Below are positions 1 to 15,100 of a stretch of DNA of 64,000 nucleotides, piece by piece. This stretch comes from Octopus sinensis (Eukaryota): positions 26,164,001 to 26,228,000 of the forward strand of contig NC_043013.1 in the NCBI RefSeq assembly GCF_006345805.1, in the 5' to 3' direction. A model generated the notes under the pieces. The model saw only the letters and a list, made by a program, of their open reading frames with translations, was not told where the DNA came from and ran no database searches. A program made the translations under genes and the position numbers. Position 1 is the first letter of the stretch, and each line of letters starts with the position of its first letter.

Positions 1-958
1 CGGGCCCAGAACAGCCGACTCTTCCGGTTTTGGGCTGTAAGGAGTGGCTTACGGGTGGCCCTACGGGATTTTAGACCAGCTTCCAGTAATCTGGTCTTGA
101 CGGTGGTTGTAGACAACTGCTTCCCTGTCACCTTTTGCATCTCCTCCACCAGTTGCCGGCTCGTTGCCCTTCGGTTGTTCAGCGACTTTCAGATCAGCAT
201 CCAATCCTCCCACTGGGTCGTCAGCCTCTTCTGTCCCCTACCCTTTTTGTCAGCTGCTGATCCGGTTTCTTCGTATTTCTTAAATAAGCACTGAATTGTG
301 CGCCTGGCTACACCAAGTTTTCTGGCTATTGCTGCCTCCGACAGCTTCCCACGCCACGAGAGAGCCCCGTACCGTCTCTCCAAGGTCATGTGAGGTCTTG
401 GGCCCATCTAGGAATGAACGATAAAAACCAGTTATTTTCATTAAAACTATTCATTTGAATAATGTTATGCTATAACAAAACTACTATGAGTTATTATTCA
501 TTAAACAAAAAAGAAAGAAAGCAGAATTTCTCACTTTATTTGATGTATAACAGAAAGTTTTGTGAACCAGAAGTGACGTCACGAAGCAGAGTGTAGGAGA
601 ATTTGTGAGGAAAAAAAATCTTGCAAATACACAAATCAATTAACCTACAAGCTGTTCAAAACGTCTTACGCGATGAGAAAACTTAGTACGGTGTGATTTC
701 GGTCCTTGCGAGGCGCTACCTATATCTATTAAACAAAGGAAGATTTGTCTGCATCCGCACTCCAAGTTGTTGTTGCACTGCTATGTCAACATCATTAGGC
801 TGTAGACTCTCAAACCGCTCTGCAAACAAAGTTACATCATCGTTCTGCGCAACAGTGAACTCGCAACAAAGCAATAGTTCGAGATATGGCCACTAGGTGA
901 CAGCACATACCTTGAGTGAAGAAAAATCAAGGGTGCTAATTAATTTCTGACGGTAGTG
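1..958 (-). mobile_element. Tc1/mariner DNA transposon, 5' end (cut by window edge); transposase interrupted by a TGA at about 189
   Basis: N-terminal HTH (AIARKLGVARRTIQ..KYEETGS..DKKGRG..RLTT) continuing past the stop into SLNNRRATSRQL..KPLLT..R; TIR start CACTACCGTCAGAAA at 958 next to a TA target (959-960). Confidence 0.9.
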
Positions 959-1180
959 TATATGTACACAGAAACATAGATATAGAAGATCTATGTGTAC
1001 ATAATCATCAAACTATAAGAAGGGAAATAGGCATGGCAGTTGAAAATAGCCCAAGATTGCTATAGTTGATAAGAAGCTTCTTATAGAATCCTCCTGTAGG
1101 TGAGGAGACGCTGAGTGTTTGCTGCTCACTCAGGTGACATGTACAGTTATATATAAGGGAAGACTTAGATACCTAAATAT

Positions 1181-1874
<694 letters not shown>

Positions 1875-2519
1875 CCTATCTTATTGTTGTGTGTTGTGGT
1901 GACAAGGGACTATCTTGGACATGAAAGGGTCTCAATTGGTATGTGTTTGAGATGTAATGAAGTAAATGTAATGGTTGTGGATTGCACTTACTTGGTTCTA
2001 TCGTCCCTTAGAATGTTTCTGTTTTTTAATTGTAATTCATGTATGATTGAATAGTTAATGCTCAAGCTCATAATGCATAGACATTTGAACTAACTTTTAC
2101 AATCCAGCCGTCCTTTCACACGGAATTTTATCTATCTTTGAACCATGACCCTGAAGTGACTAATATATAAGGGAAGTGTTATTGCGTATATATATCAGAA
2201 AATGTATATAAGTCGAAAACGTTTGTTGGCCTTCTATGTTTTTTAATAATTGTTTATGTTATATAATATTATGTTATATTATATTCATAGTATATCATGT
2301 AATATTATGATGATGATCATCATCATCATATAATATAAATAGATTATTGGATTGTCAATAGTATCTCTCTAATTTATCTTTGTAATTACATTATACCAAT
2401 ATATATATGGTATTCAACAGATGTACCAGTGAGTTGGATGTTTAACACACCCCTTTGAAGGATCTCTTTTTCTCAGTTTGTCACTGTATATATATATATA
2501 TATATATATATACTAGTTT

Positions 2520-2960
2520 TAATACTTCTGAAGACCCATACTCCAGAGCAGAAGTGTTAAGACTGGTCTCTCTGGTGGTGAAAAGCACTCACAGTGGTTC
2601 CACATGAAAGTGCTCATACAGTGACATGCAAAAGTGTCCATGCAGTGCCACATAAAAGCACCCAGCTTTCTCACCACTTTGTCCCATGTCTTCTTAGGTT
2701 TACCCCTTCCACATGTTCCCTCTTCAGTTAGAGATTGGCACCTTTTGATGCAAATATCTTCATTCATATGCACTACATAACCATACTAGTGCTGTCTTCT
2801 CTCTTTCACACTGCATCAGATGTCTTGTATACCCAGTTTATCTCTCAAATTACTTACACTATGTCATATATGCATATTGACACTACACATCCAGCGGAGC
2901 ATGCTGGTTCCATTTCTTTCAAGCCTTTGCATATAATCAGTAGTCACAGCCCATGTCTCA
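2520..2960 (-). mobile_element. Degenerate RTE LINE C-terminal fragment
   Basis: EASMLRWMC..GTCGRGKPKKTWDKVV, homologous to the intact RTE copies. Confidence 0.8.
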
Positions 2961-3095
2961 CTACCATTGTACACAGGCAAATTTTTTTTAGAAGCATTGT
3001 TTCATGAAAGTGAAGGGAAATTATTCTAACTTGGATTGAAATCAGGATGGAGGCTCATCTCACCAGGAACTTACTTTAATATTATGAGTACTCAC

Positions 3096-3172
3096 CTCTT
3101 AATACGGATATCAATATCTTTTAGTAAAGCAACAAATATTGTTGGAAATGAATATAATCGATTGATTGTGGG
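3096..3172 (-). CDS. TRPM: TRPM exon, 77 nt, phase 0-2: PTINRLYSFPTIFVALLKDIDIRIK
   Basis: tacag| acceptor, GAG|gtgagt donor, open frame, follows the phase-0 exon across a 200-nt intron. Confidence 0.8.
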
Positions 3173-6100
3173 CTGTAGTATATTAGTAATGTTTACTTTA
3201 TCAACTGTTGAATAGTGAAAGGTACTGTAGGTTCACATGTAATAAATTGGTATTCTAGCCTGGGAAAGATTTATTACTTATATTTAACATCACGAAACAA
3301 ATTCTAAACACTAGCCCTTAAAATCCCTCAAGGGCTTAAAAAAAGTGAGAAGGAGACTTACAGATTACTTACCATCCTGAACAAGCTTTCAATATTTTCT
3401 TCAGCTAATAATTCTTTGAAGCTAACTCCATGTTCCATGAAAAGTTTCACAAAGCCAACACGATCATCACGCAGTGCAAACAGCATGAAATTGTTCAAGG
3501 TACCAGTCTGAGATTAACAAAATAAAATTGCATTTTGAGGTATGTTATCATAAATACTAATCAGACTATTAACATCAGCTTTCCAATTTTCAATGGAGGA
3601 GGGTTATTAAGTGAAGAATTTACTATAGTATGTCACTTCTATGGTTATGGCATTTCTATTTAGGAAGATTAAAGAATGTACAAGATGTGGCCAAAGACCA
3701 TTTGTAAAATATTTAATTTGCATGGTTCTTATTTATGACCTGTCAGAGATGGTCAAGTAAATGAGATAGGGAATAATCAGTCTAGCGGATGGTAGGTCAG
3801 ATCCTATTTACAATGCTGCAAATAGGGTATATTTGTGGTTGTCAATTGGCACAATCCATCTTGATGTAACTAGGGACTGCAGCAGAAGAACAGTTTGTTT
3901 CAAGCAGCATGGATGATTTAATGAGGGACTTTACCAAAAGCTTGCTATGTTGAGTTCAACTATCTACAGGACGAAAAATGTGATAAATCAGTATCCTAAC
4001 CAGAAAGACAATTATCTCTCACTCACTTATTAATAGCAAAACTTGAGATAAACATTAAGCCAAATCAAAGAGATCTTTCTGACTGAGGTTTAAAATGAAG
4101 AGAAGTGGGAAACTGAAAGAAGCTCATAAAATGTATGTATGTGTATGTTTGTGTATGTGTATATACACATATGTATACCCACATGCCTATGTGTGAGATT
4201 TTCTTGACATCATTGTAGGCAAGTGTTATCACCATCAATTGGGACTTTCATTTCCAGTCTTCCAGAAAAAAAAAAAACATCACATTACTTGAAAACATGT
4301 GAAGGTTAGCAACAGAAAGGACATCCAGCCACAAAAATTCTATCTCAATGAATTCCATTTGACCCAAACAAGCACAGAAAAATGGATATTAAATCAAAGA
4401 TATACAAACATGCATATACAAGTGCACACGCATGCATGCACACACACACACAGAGTCTGAGTGATTTCAGGATTGTACACAACATGCTTTACAAGCCCAT
4501 CCAACCAGGAATTATATCACAGCTGACATTTACATCCTGTGTTTACTGAATGATATCATCATCTTGAATTAACATCTGTTTTACATGCTGTCATGGGTTG
4601 GACAGTTAAACAGAATCTAATGAGCCACAGAATTACACTGTGCTCCTTGGTCATCTTTGGCATGATTTCTGTGGCTTGATGCCCTTTCCAACACCAATCA
4701 CTTTACAATGTTTACTTCATGCTTTTTCCATATCGCCAGCACCAGGGATGTTTCCAAGTAACTTGCAAGACAAGAAAAGAAGAAAGAAAGAAAGAAAGAA
4801 AGATAGTGATGATGGGGTGCTAGAGTAAAGCCTGAAGGAGCAAGAGAGAATAAGGGCAGTGGCTCAAGAGGGGAAGGAGGGGATGGGAAGTTATGGGAGT
4901 GTGAGGAGAGAGTAAGAGACGATTAGAGATGTGGGCAGAGGTGAATGTAGAAAGTGACAAATAGCAGCAGAGGTGTGGTTTGATGGGAAGTATCAGTAGT
5001 GGGCAGGAACTGAGCAAAGTAAACAATGATTTGTAGATACATAGTATTTTGTTATGCAAACACAATATACTATAAAGTATACTAAATGTTTTTAAATGTC
5101 AACACCACGTTCTACTGCATCAGCAGTGCTTCTTACATTACTTTGTTATGGTTATTTCTACAGATATTTTATAGGCATGTATAGCCAGTACTGATTTTTG
5201 CTTTGATGTTTGATATTGCGACATCAAATGTAAACAAACAATGAGATGGGAAACAAAAATTGCTTCTAATAATTTCTATAGAATATCTGTAGAAATAATC
5301 TTAACAAAAAATGAAGAGAGTAAGGTCAAAGAGATAGAAGTGGTTCAGGGTTGATAGATTAGGAGACAGAGAAAGACGATCAAGGTGTAAGGTTGGAGGG
5401 GGGAGAAATTTAGAAGTATATAACAATGGTAACAGTGAGTTTGTGTCGTTGCAGATAGAAAGCATTGGGAATGATAGAAGATATGAGAAGTTTTCAGATA
5501 AAGTATGGTAGAGTAGAGAGAGTGTGGGGTGGCATAACTGGAGGTACAGAAAGGAGATGACTGGTGAACCTGGTGTGGGAAAGAATGACAATAACAATGC
5601 AGGGTAGAACAGTGGGATGAGGTAGTAACTGGTAGCATGGAGAGTTAGAAGATGTAATATGTGTCAAGGAGGGATGGATGTTGGAGAATGATGGGAACAG
5701 GAAGATGAGATGTGGGCAATATTTGATGGAGTGTGTGTGTGTGTGTATGCATCTGTGTGTGCATACATATATCACCAGATATATATACATAGAGAGAGTG
5801 GAGGATAAAAAAGTCAGATAGACAAATACTTAATGACATCTTAAAAGAATTAAAATTATCAAAATTCTAAGTAAAGGATATTTAAATACATTTCTTACCA
5901 ATGTAACTTTACTTTTCTTCCTCTCAGGAAGGTGAAATAAAAAATCAATTTATTGTTTCATGACAGGAATTGATAAAAATATAAATCTATTATCTTACTG
6001 GCCAGAGAAATTCTTCAGTAAATAGTTCATTCTTTGCAATATCAATTCTGTTCCATTCCAATGCAAGCCTCAATTTTTCAAATTTGTTATTGTTTACTGT

Positions 6101-9100
6101 AATATAGGTTTTAGAACAGTCAATCAATTAATATTAACATTTTCTTTTATGAAATAAAAATACTTAATATCATCAACATGACTAATATGCTATATTATAA
6201 TTACTACTACTACTACTATTTCACAGAACAGAGAGCTAGCAGAATCAGTAGCATGTTGGGCAAAATGTTTAGTGGTTTTTCATTTGTCTTTATGATCTGA
6301 GTTCAAATTCTGCTGAGACTTGACTTTGCCTTATCACCCTTTTGGGGTCAATAAAATAAGTACCAATTAAGCACTGGGTCGTGCCAAAATCTGAAACCAA
6401 TATTTTCCGTGAGTAACAGTTTTGTGAGCATAGTTTTTTATAATTTTAGTTGATGAGATTAAAAACTGAGTTCCTTTACTCACAGCTTTATGCTGAATGA
6501 TGTGGTTTAATTTGAATTGTCATTACATGTACAATAGTGAATAGATGGTTGGATGGGTCAAGCTAGTGATGACATAGACATTGGATTGTTTATACATAGA
6601 ATGAGGTCACTAAATACTGTAAAAGTTTTTGATGCCTTAAAAAGTAACAAATCAAAGTGAAAATTAAACTAAGAATAATTATCCTAGTAATAAATTAGTA
6701 TCACATGTAATTAATGTATTAGAATGCTTTGAGTAAATGTTTGATTAAAACTGCAAGGTCATAAATATATACTTCAACATATATCAATCACTTGTATTCA
6801 CTTCAGTTAATTAACACCATGTCATAATTGAGTAAAATAAACAGAAGTATAGAATTATGGTTATCAAGGAAAAGGAGTTATTAATTAACAATCAAAATGA
6901 ACAGTTAACTACCACTAATATAGTTTATTATTATTTAGTAAGAGGAAGAGCAGTATTTAGATCTTTTAAAGTCTCTCCTATACTTTGAGCCTGATGTTGC
7001 ACTTAGCTGCCCCAGCATGACCACAACTGCCAGCTAAAACAAGTAAAAGTAGGAAAGAGGAGTATCAGAAATTAGGAGTCTACTGATTGACATTCAACAC
7101 TTTTAAAAGAAAAGTAACTGAGGTGAATGTATTCCCAAATCTTTTAATTCGAGTTGTTAATATTGATGGGTATTTTTGCAGAGTGTTAACCTTTTTTCTT
7201 ACTCTGGTTGTGACAGAAGTTATAAAACTAAGCATTTCAGATAGTTTAGTTTTTATTCATTATTATGTGTATTTATGTGTGCAGGTTTATTTCACACTGG
7301 TCTGCTCCAACTGTACAGATGTTATTTTCAGTATTATAGATGTTTATACATATTTATTGATTGCTGGGTATAGAGGAAGGGGTAGTCCTCCATGACCTCT
7401 GAGATAAGTGAGATTCATGCTATTAATATAAAGTAGGAACAGTTACCTTTCCATAAGCTTTTACTATCCCCCACTCACTAGATCTCTTCTTATCTTTAGT
7501 TTATATATTGTCACAGAGGGAAATAATTATTCCCATGAGAAAAATTGAATTTGGTACTTCAAATATGGAAAATATTCACCAGGTTCACAATTACACAAGC
7601 ATACTGTTTTTATTATTTAGTATCTATTTTCAGTAATGTAGACAAGGGGAATTTGTGAGTTAAATGTCTTTACAAAATACTATGCTAGTGACAACATGCA
7701 GCAATTCACTGACACTTCAGAAGATTCTTCAGAAAATCTATTGATTCAGTCATCTAATCTCTTATTGATGAAACTCAATTAACCTTCAATATGTCCAGGA
7801 TTAACTTCCCTAAACTTACTAGAAAATATAGAAATATCAACATTAGTAATTAAGTAATATTATTATTTTTCCCTGCTTATTTCATCCTAATTTAGATTTT
7901 CCCTTTTCCCTACTATATACCCTCTTAATTTATTACTAATACATAACTGAATTTGCTATCAAATCAAATACAAGTCAAATTTGTTGTAAAATAAAAAAAA
8001 AACAGTGAGAATATTTCTAACCTTTGAACAGAGCCTTCAAGACTACTACGTCAAACTCTTCAGCGGAACCGGATTCAAAAAGCGTTACCAAATTCAGTTG
8101 TTTTAGAAAATTCAACACACACTTAATCAAAACCTTTCGATGTTCATAATCTTCAAATTTTTTCTGGATTATTTCTTTGATATTTTCCAGTTTCCTTTGT
8201 AACAATTTTGGAAAAGAACTTATTACATAAAAATTAGGAAGGATGATAAGAATAAAGTTACATATAAAGAATAATATCAGACCTTTGTTATAGATGTTAC
8301 AAACAAAATGTGTTAACTAGACTCCTATATTGTTGTTGCTGAGGACATGCGTAAGCTCATGAGGAATGAAGCCAGTATGCTCCGATGGATGTGTAATGTC
8401 AGTGTACTTACTCGACAGAGTGTTAGTTCCCTAAGAGAAATGTTGTACCTAAGAAGCATCAGTTGTTGCGTGCAAGAGAGACGATTGCGATGGTATGGTC
8501 ATGTGGCGAGAATGGATGAAGATAGGTGTGTGAGAAAGTGCCATTCCCTAGCAGTTGAGGGAACCCGTGGAAGAGGTAGACCCAGGAAAACCTGGGACGA
8601 GGTGGTGAAGCACGACCTTCGAACATTAGGTCTCACCATGGAAATGACCAGAGACCGAGACCTATGGAAGTATGCTGTGCGTGAGAAGACCCGGCAAGAC
8701 TAGTGAAGCCATAACCCGTGGCCCCTACCTGGGACGTAGTCAGTCCGCCTGTGCATACCTTCCTGCTTGTGACACTTGAGAAGACCTGTTGAGGCAAATC
8801 AAATCAAAGTCAAATCGAATCAAGTCAAACCAAATCAAAATAGATGAACATCAATGGAATTTGTATCCTTGTGGTACCAGTGCCGGTGGCACATAAGAAA
8901 ACCATCCGAACGGGACCGTAGCCAGTACCGCATCGACTGGCCTCCGTGCTGTGGGCACGTAACAAACACCGTCCGAGCGTGGCCGTCTGCCAGCCTCGTC
9001 TGGCACCTGTGCTGTGGGCACATAAAAACACCATCCGAGCGTGGCCGTCTGCCAGCCCCGTCTGGCACCTGTGTCGGTGGCACATAAAAACACCATTCGA

Positions 9101-12100
9101 GCGTGACCATCTGCCAGCCTCGTCTGGCACCTGTGTCGGTGGCACATAAAAACACCATCCGAGCGTGGCCGTCTGCCAGCCTCGTCTGGCACCTGTGTCG
9201 GTGGCACATAAAAACACCATCCGAGCGTGGCCGTCTGCCAGCCTCGTCTGGCACCTGTGTCGGTGGCACATAAAAACACCATCCGAGCGTGGCCGTTCGC
9301 CAGCCTTGTCTGGCACCTGTGTCGGTGGCACATAAAATCACCCACTACACTCTCGGAGTGGTTGGCGTTAGGAAGGGCATCCAGCTGTAGAAACACTGCC
9401 AGATCTGACTGGCCTGGTGCAGCCTTCGGGCTCCCCAGTCCCCAGTTGAACCGTCCAACCCATGCTAGCATGGAAAGCAGACGTTAAACGATGATGATGA
9501 TGATGATGATGATAACAAAAAATGTCAAACAGGGTATCCTCATTGTTTCAAATGCAACAAGTTATGTTAAATGAGCTTTATACTCAACAGATAATGTTAA
9601 CTACATTATTCTGTTAATGACACATGTGACAAATTATGCTGAGTGACTAACCTTTTGGTGCAATAGGTGGAAGAACAGCATCCATAATCTGGACAACTGA
9701 GATTAATGAGGAGAACAAAAGAATAGATCACAAGTCTTGGATTGAAGTAAAAAAATTCTGGGTTTTGTAAATACTCCAGTAGGAAGATATAGGGATGATT
9801 GATCCAACAGAAAATAGGTAGCCTCTAGAGATGTTAAAGTGCCTCTTTCACACTTGGTAGTAAGCCTTTTTTGGAGAACCACTTCCATAATTATCCTCTA
9901 ACCAACAGACACTATACAAAGAAAATGTGAATCAAGGCATGTTATCCTCACACTGATGATCTGGTCTGAGTGCTTGTAACATTTTGGATTCTGTTAAAGG
10001 CGGTGAAGGACCAAGTGGTCCTGTTGAACCACCACCAGGGTTAGTTCAATGTTTAATGATGGGATAAATTAAGTTTACAAGCAGAGACAGTTTGCCTACA
10101 ATTGGTGAAACCCATTCTAAATTAATTCATAATTTCCATTTCTATCAATACGTTTCAATGTAGTGCCATAAGGATAGGTCATGATACCTATTGCTACCTT
10201 AAATACCTTAAATTGGATGGAAAAAAGAAATAGAGAAATCCGAACATCTCCAGGCATGTCCTCAGTTGGATCCACTATCCTTCCTCAGCAAATATGTAGC
10301 CTTATGTCAACATAAAGAACCAATGTTATGATTATTAGCAGTGTTATGTCATACTGCCTTAAATTTGAGTCTTTAGTAACAGAAATCTAATGAGTCATCA
10401 GTTTCAATCAAAGCTACAAAACTTTTAATACCAGATCTAAAATCAAACTATCGACTTTAGTAATAGGAGAGGTCCAACCAAGGAAGGAGGAGCAATTTAC
10501 CTAGTTACTCAGACTGTTAAAAATATCAGTTAAATCATTCTCGAAATAATGTAGTTTTGTTATATATACAAAAGAGTAAGGGCTGGATTACTTATGTTCA
10601 GGGTTTTTTTTTTTTTATCAGGACTTCAGGGTACCAAAAGATAACATATTAATAACAAAAAAAAACAAAAACAGAAATGACAGCAACAACAGCAGCAATA
10701 ACGAAATTATTGTATCCAAATGAAAAACAAACCCATCAGTTATGTCTTTGCTGTTTTCGTTTACATTCTCAAGTACTGTTTGGTAAGCATCTGCCAGAAC
10801 GTCTGCTGCCCGACCAGATCCCTAATTAATGAGAAAAAGGAGAAATTTAAAGAAATCATTTAAATCAAATCTTCAAATAAGAAATAATTTAATATTGAAC
10901 AAGTATTTTGAAAAATTTTTTAAATACACGCATAAAATTCAATAAATATGTTGCCCAGGTAGTAGAGGCACCATACATGATAAATTTAATGTGAGTTTAG
11001 CTGTAACACATCCAGGAATGATATATAGTGACATTATCAGAACTAGATTGTTCTGGTATGAGACTGAACTAAATTGTTCTGGTACTAATTTCTTTGAGCT
11101 GAGTTGTGACAATATAAAATAAAGATATTGACAAACACAATAAATGACAATAGTGACAATAAATGACAATACCCTGATTCGTCTGTGCACCTGGACAATT
11201 CAATTGAAACAAACAGAGAAATGGACAGATAGGACAGTGGAAGAAATGCAAACTATTTCTCATTGCCAATAGAAGTTGACAGCAATCCTTCTTGGAGTGT
11301 GACAATCACTGTACTTCTGCACTTGTCTCTAGTACTATGCTTCTCAGCACAGAGCTTGAGATTGAAGAGGCTAATGATGTGCTTGGGCATTTTTAGTTTC
11401 ATTGAATATATAACAGCAAAGATTGAGTGGGGTTTGATCAGAGTGCAACAAACTCTACCTAAACATATTCAGGTGGATTTTGCCTTTTAACATTTTGATT
11501 TTATTGTATAGCTAATTGTTGCTGTTGTTGCTTAGATGAACATTAGCCTTGATTAAGTTAATCTTTGATCAAAGGGCATTCAAGCTATGATCATCTCATC
11601 CTTTATCATATTGACATTTATAACATCCAATGTGTCCTTGCATTTTTAAATCAATAAGGTGCAATTTGATGGAGATTTAACTGCTACTTCCAGCAAGTTC
11701 AGCTAATCATTAACTTGCTTATTCACATGGTCTGTGGAAATGGTTTATACATTGTATGTAAAGATATGTAACGTATGATTTTGTGATCTTTATAGATTGT
11801 TGAAATTGATTAAGAGATTAGGGGTCCAGACAGGACTGGTATGATGCAGGATGGATCTTTGTGTTGGTCAAATATGGGTTCAGTCAGTGTTTATAGTTTG
11901 AACTTATTTCTTGCCTTTTTTAAGATATGTTGTAAATGTAGTGAATGTATTTTTTTATAATATTTATTAAGAAGAACTAGTCCTCTGTCTTATGTTCAAA
12001 GTGTATGTGAACTATGTCATAATTTTATAACCTTAATGCCAGCCTTGTTGAGCATATTAAAGGATTTTTTATTTATTAATTATGAAAGTCTTTTTCACAT

Positions 12101-15100
12101 CTATATATGCTATGGTTTTTTGAAACATTATTTCCATTTTGCAACTACTGAATAAACATCTACTAAATATGGAACAAATTTTGTGTGTCATCATCATCAT
12201 CAGCGTTTAACATCCATCTTCCTTGCATGCATGGGTAGGATGGTGGCTAGGTAGAAAATCTACCCAAGCCTACTGTGTCTGTTTTGGCAGAGATTTTACA
12301 GCTGGATGCCTTTCCTAAAACCAACCTCTCCACAGAGTGGACTCAGTACTTTTTACATGGCACTAGCACAGACAATGTTAGTTTTGGCATGATTTTTACA
12401 GCTGGATGCCCTTCCAAATACCAACCATGTTACAGTGTGAATTAGATGCCCTTAGCATGGCACCAGCAATGGCAGGGTAACCAAGAGAAGAGATTATGAG
12501 AGGGCCAGAACATTTGAGAAGAACTTCTGTCAGAAGATGAAAGATTAGAGTGTGACAAAGTGACAGAGAGACAGAAGCAGGTGTATGTTGGCTATGTCAT
12601 AATTTTATAACCTTAATCACAACCTTGTGGAGCATTTCATTTAGAGGTGGATGTATGATTATAGCTGATACTGTCATGTTTGATATTTGTTTTGTGCATC
12701 ACAAAAGTGGCTATCTGGCAGAATCATTAGTACATCAGACAAAATGTTTAGTCACATTTCTTTTGGTTTTACATTCTGAATTCAAATGCCACCGAGACCA
12801 ACTTTGCCTTTTGTCCTTTCAGAAGGTATCAGAGTTCTCTGATTACCTCATGTTTTCCAACTTGTTGGAGCCATAACGTTCTATTAAGATGTTAATATGG
12901 GTTTCATATTTTGGCACAGGGCCAGCATTTTTTAATTTATTTATTTATTTATTTATTTATTTTGGTGGGGTGTCAATTACATCAACACTAATCCTCAACT
13001 GAGATTTAATTTATCAGCCCCGTAAGAATGAAAGGCAAAGTGTACTTTGATAGAGTTTGAATTCAGAATGTAAAGACATAAAATTCCAAGCATGTTGCTT
13101 GGGATGCTAATGATTCTGCCATCTTATTGCTAATATGAAAAAAATAAATTACTATTTTTTAAAGAACATTTGTTATAAAATACTCTGAATTAAATACACA
13201 CACAATCATTCATCCAATACAAATAGTCATAAAATTTAAGCAGTTGACTAGGAAACCAATGACCAGGTAGATAATTAAACAAGATATTTATATAAAATTC
13301 TGCACCAATGAAATACTCATATAATCCTTCCATTCAGGTTTCCTAACCAGAAGTTTCTTCAGATATGTAAACATTATAAACTGAGTAAACTTCCAGTAAC
13401 CTTATTTAGAGAATAGTCTATTTACTGACCTTTACTATTACAACTGGGATGTTGCGCGATATTGAATCATACACTGACTTCAGAGTTCCAGGTCCACCTC
13501 CAACCATTACTGCAACAGCTGGAATCTTGACTTCTGTCGCTAAAATTACAGCAAAAAATATAAATTGATTAAAATACAAAATATGTCTGATTAATTTATG
13601 AAATATACCTGATTAAAGTAAAACATACTTGATTAATGTATAAAAGATATACCTGATTAAAGAATAAGGTATAGAATATTCCTGATTAATATACAAAACA
13701 TACTTTATTAACAGAAAAAATGTAAATTATTAATGTACAAACAATATCTGATTTATTGTATCTAATTAGGTTCTAAAATATACCTGATTAAAGTTTAAAG
13801 TATAACCTGACTGAGATCTAAAATATTAGGGTAGGAAGTATACAGTACCTGTCTAATGTGGCACTCCATCAGTTGTGACAATGAGGGTTCCAGTTGATCC
13901 ATCAACGGAACAGCCTGCTCAAGAAATTAATGTGTAAGTGGCTGAATGCTCCACAGATACATGTACCCTTAATGTAGTTCTCAGGGAAATTCAGCATGAC
14001 ACTGTGTGACAAGGCTGGCCCTTCGAGATACAGGTACAACAGAAAGAATGAGAGAAAGTTGTGGTGAAAGTGTACATCAGGATTCCCACCCCACCCCCTG
14101 CCAGAGCCTCATGGAGCTTTAGGTGTTTTCACTCAATAAACACTCACAACACCCAGTCTAGGAATCAAAACCACGATCCTGCGACCGCAAGTCCACTGCC
14201 CTAACCACTGGGCTATTGCACACCTGACTAATATAGGAAGTATGAGAAAATGTAAATCAATAGAAATACTATAATTTGCTTTTTACAAAGATATGTCTTG
14301 TTGAAATGGGATAATTAACATTAATTTTCTCCTGAATTAATTAATTTAGTCTCATATGTTACATAATCTCTAGGTAACCAATCTCTTTCAAAAACATTAC
14401 TATACAAAGCTTATACTCTCTTACTAATACAAAATATATATAGTTTGATGTTAAATCTACATGTGTCAAACATTACAGACACAACAGACATACTTAATTG
14501 TAGTAAATTTAGAACTGTGTAAATACATTAAAAAAAAAAGAGACAGAAATGCTTAATATACAGGTGATACCATTCGTCACTACTTCTTAAACTTCCACAC
14601 ACAGGTGTTAACAACCGACATTTTATATCACTTCTACACTAACTTTACTATTTTGTTTACTTCAACAGCATAAGAAAACGACTATTGAAATCATCATCAT
14701 CATCGTTTAACGTCCGCTTTCCATGCTAGCATGGGTTGGACGGTTCAGCTGGGGTCTGGGAATCCAGAAGGCTGCACCAGGCCCAGTCTGATATGTCAGT
14801 GTTTCTACAGCTGGGTGCCCTTCCTAACGCCAACCACTCCATGAGTGTAGTGGGTGCTTTTTACATGCCACCGGCACAGGTGCCAGACGAGGCTGGCAAA
14901 CAGCCACGATCGGATGGTGCTTTTTACGTGCCACCGGCATGGAGGCCAGTTAGGGTGGCGCTGGCTATGGCCACATTCGGATGGTGCTTTTTACGTGCCA
15001 CCAGCACAGAGGCCAGTAAGGCTGGCGCTGGCTATGGCCACGTTCGGATGGTGCTTTTTACGTGCCACCAGCACAGAGGCCAGTCAGGGCGGCGCTGGCT

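Noticed and set aside
7784-7818. 35-nt AG/GT-flanked segment (KFREVNPGHIE, phase 2-1)
   Set aside because: The TRPM chain is complete without it and it has no TRPM similarity; it could only replace the essential 197-nt exon
8825-9487. Repetitive ORFs such as MCHRHRCQTRLADGHARMVFLCATDTGARRG (also 14736-15256, 49859-50197, 52085-52588)
   Set aside because: Produced by the GC-rich 62-67 bp repeats in the RTE 3' UTR
9965-10040. Plus-strand stretch LSACNILDSVKGGEGPSGPVEPPPG with a donor-like end
   Set aside because: Stops immediately upstream, no acceptor and no partner exons
13851-14225. tRNA-like sequences here and at 6230, 27310, 46155
   Set aside because: SINE heads with degenerate cloverleaves followed by repeat bodies, not tRNA genes
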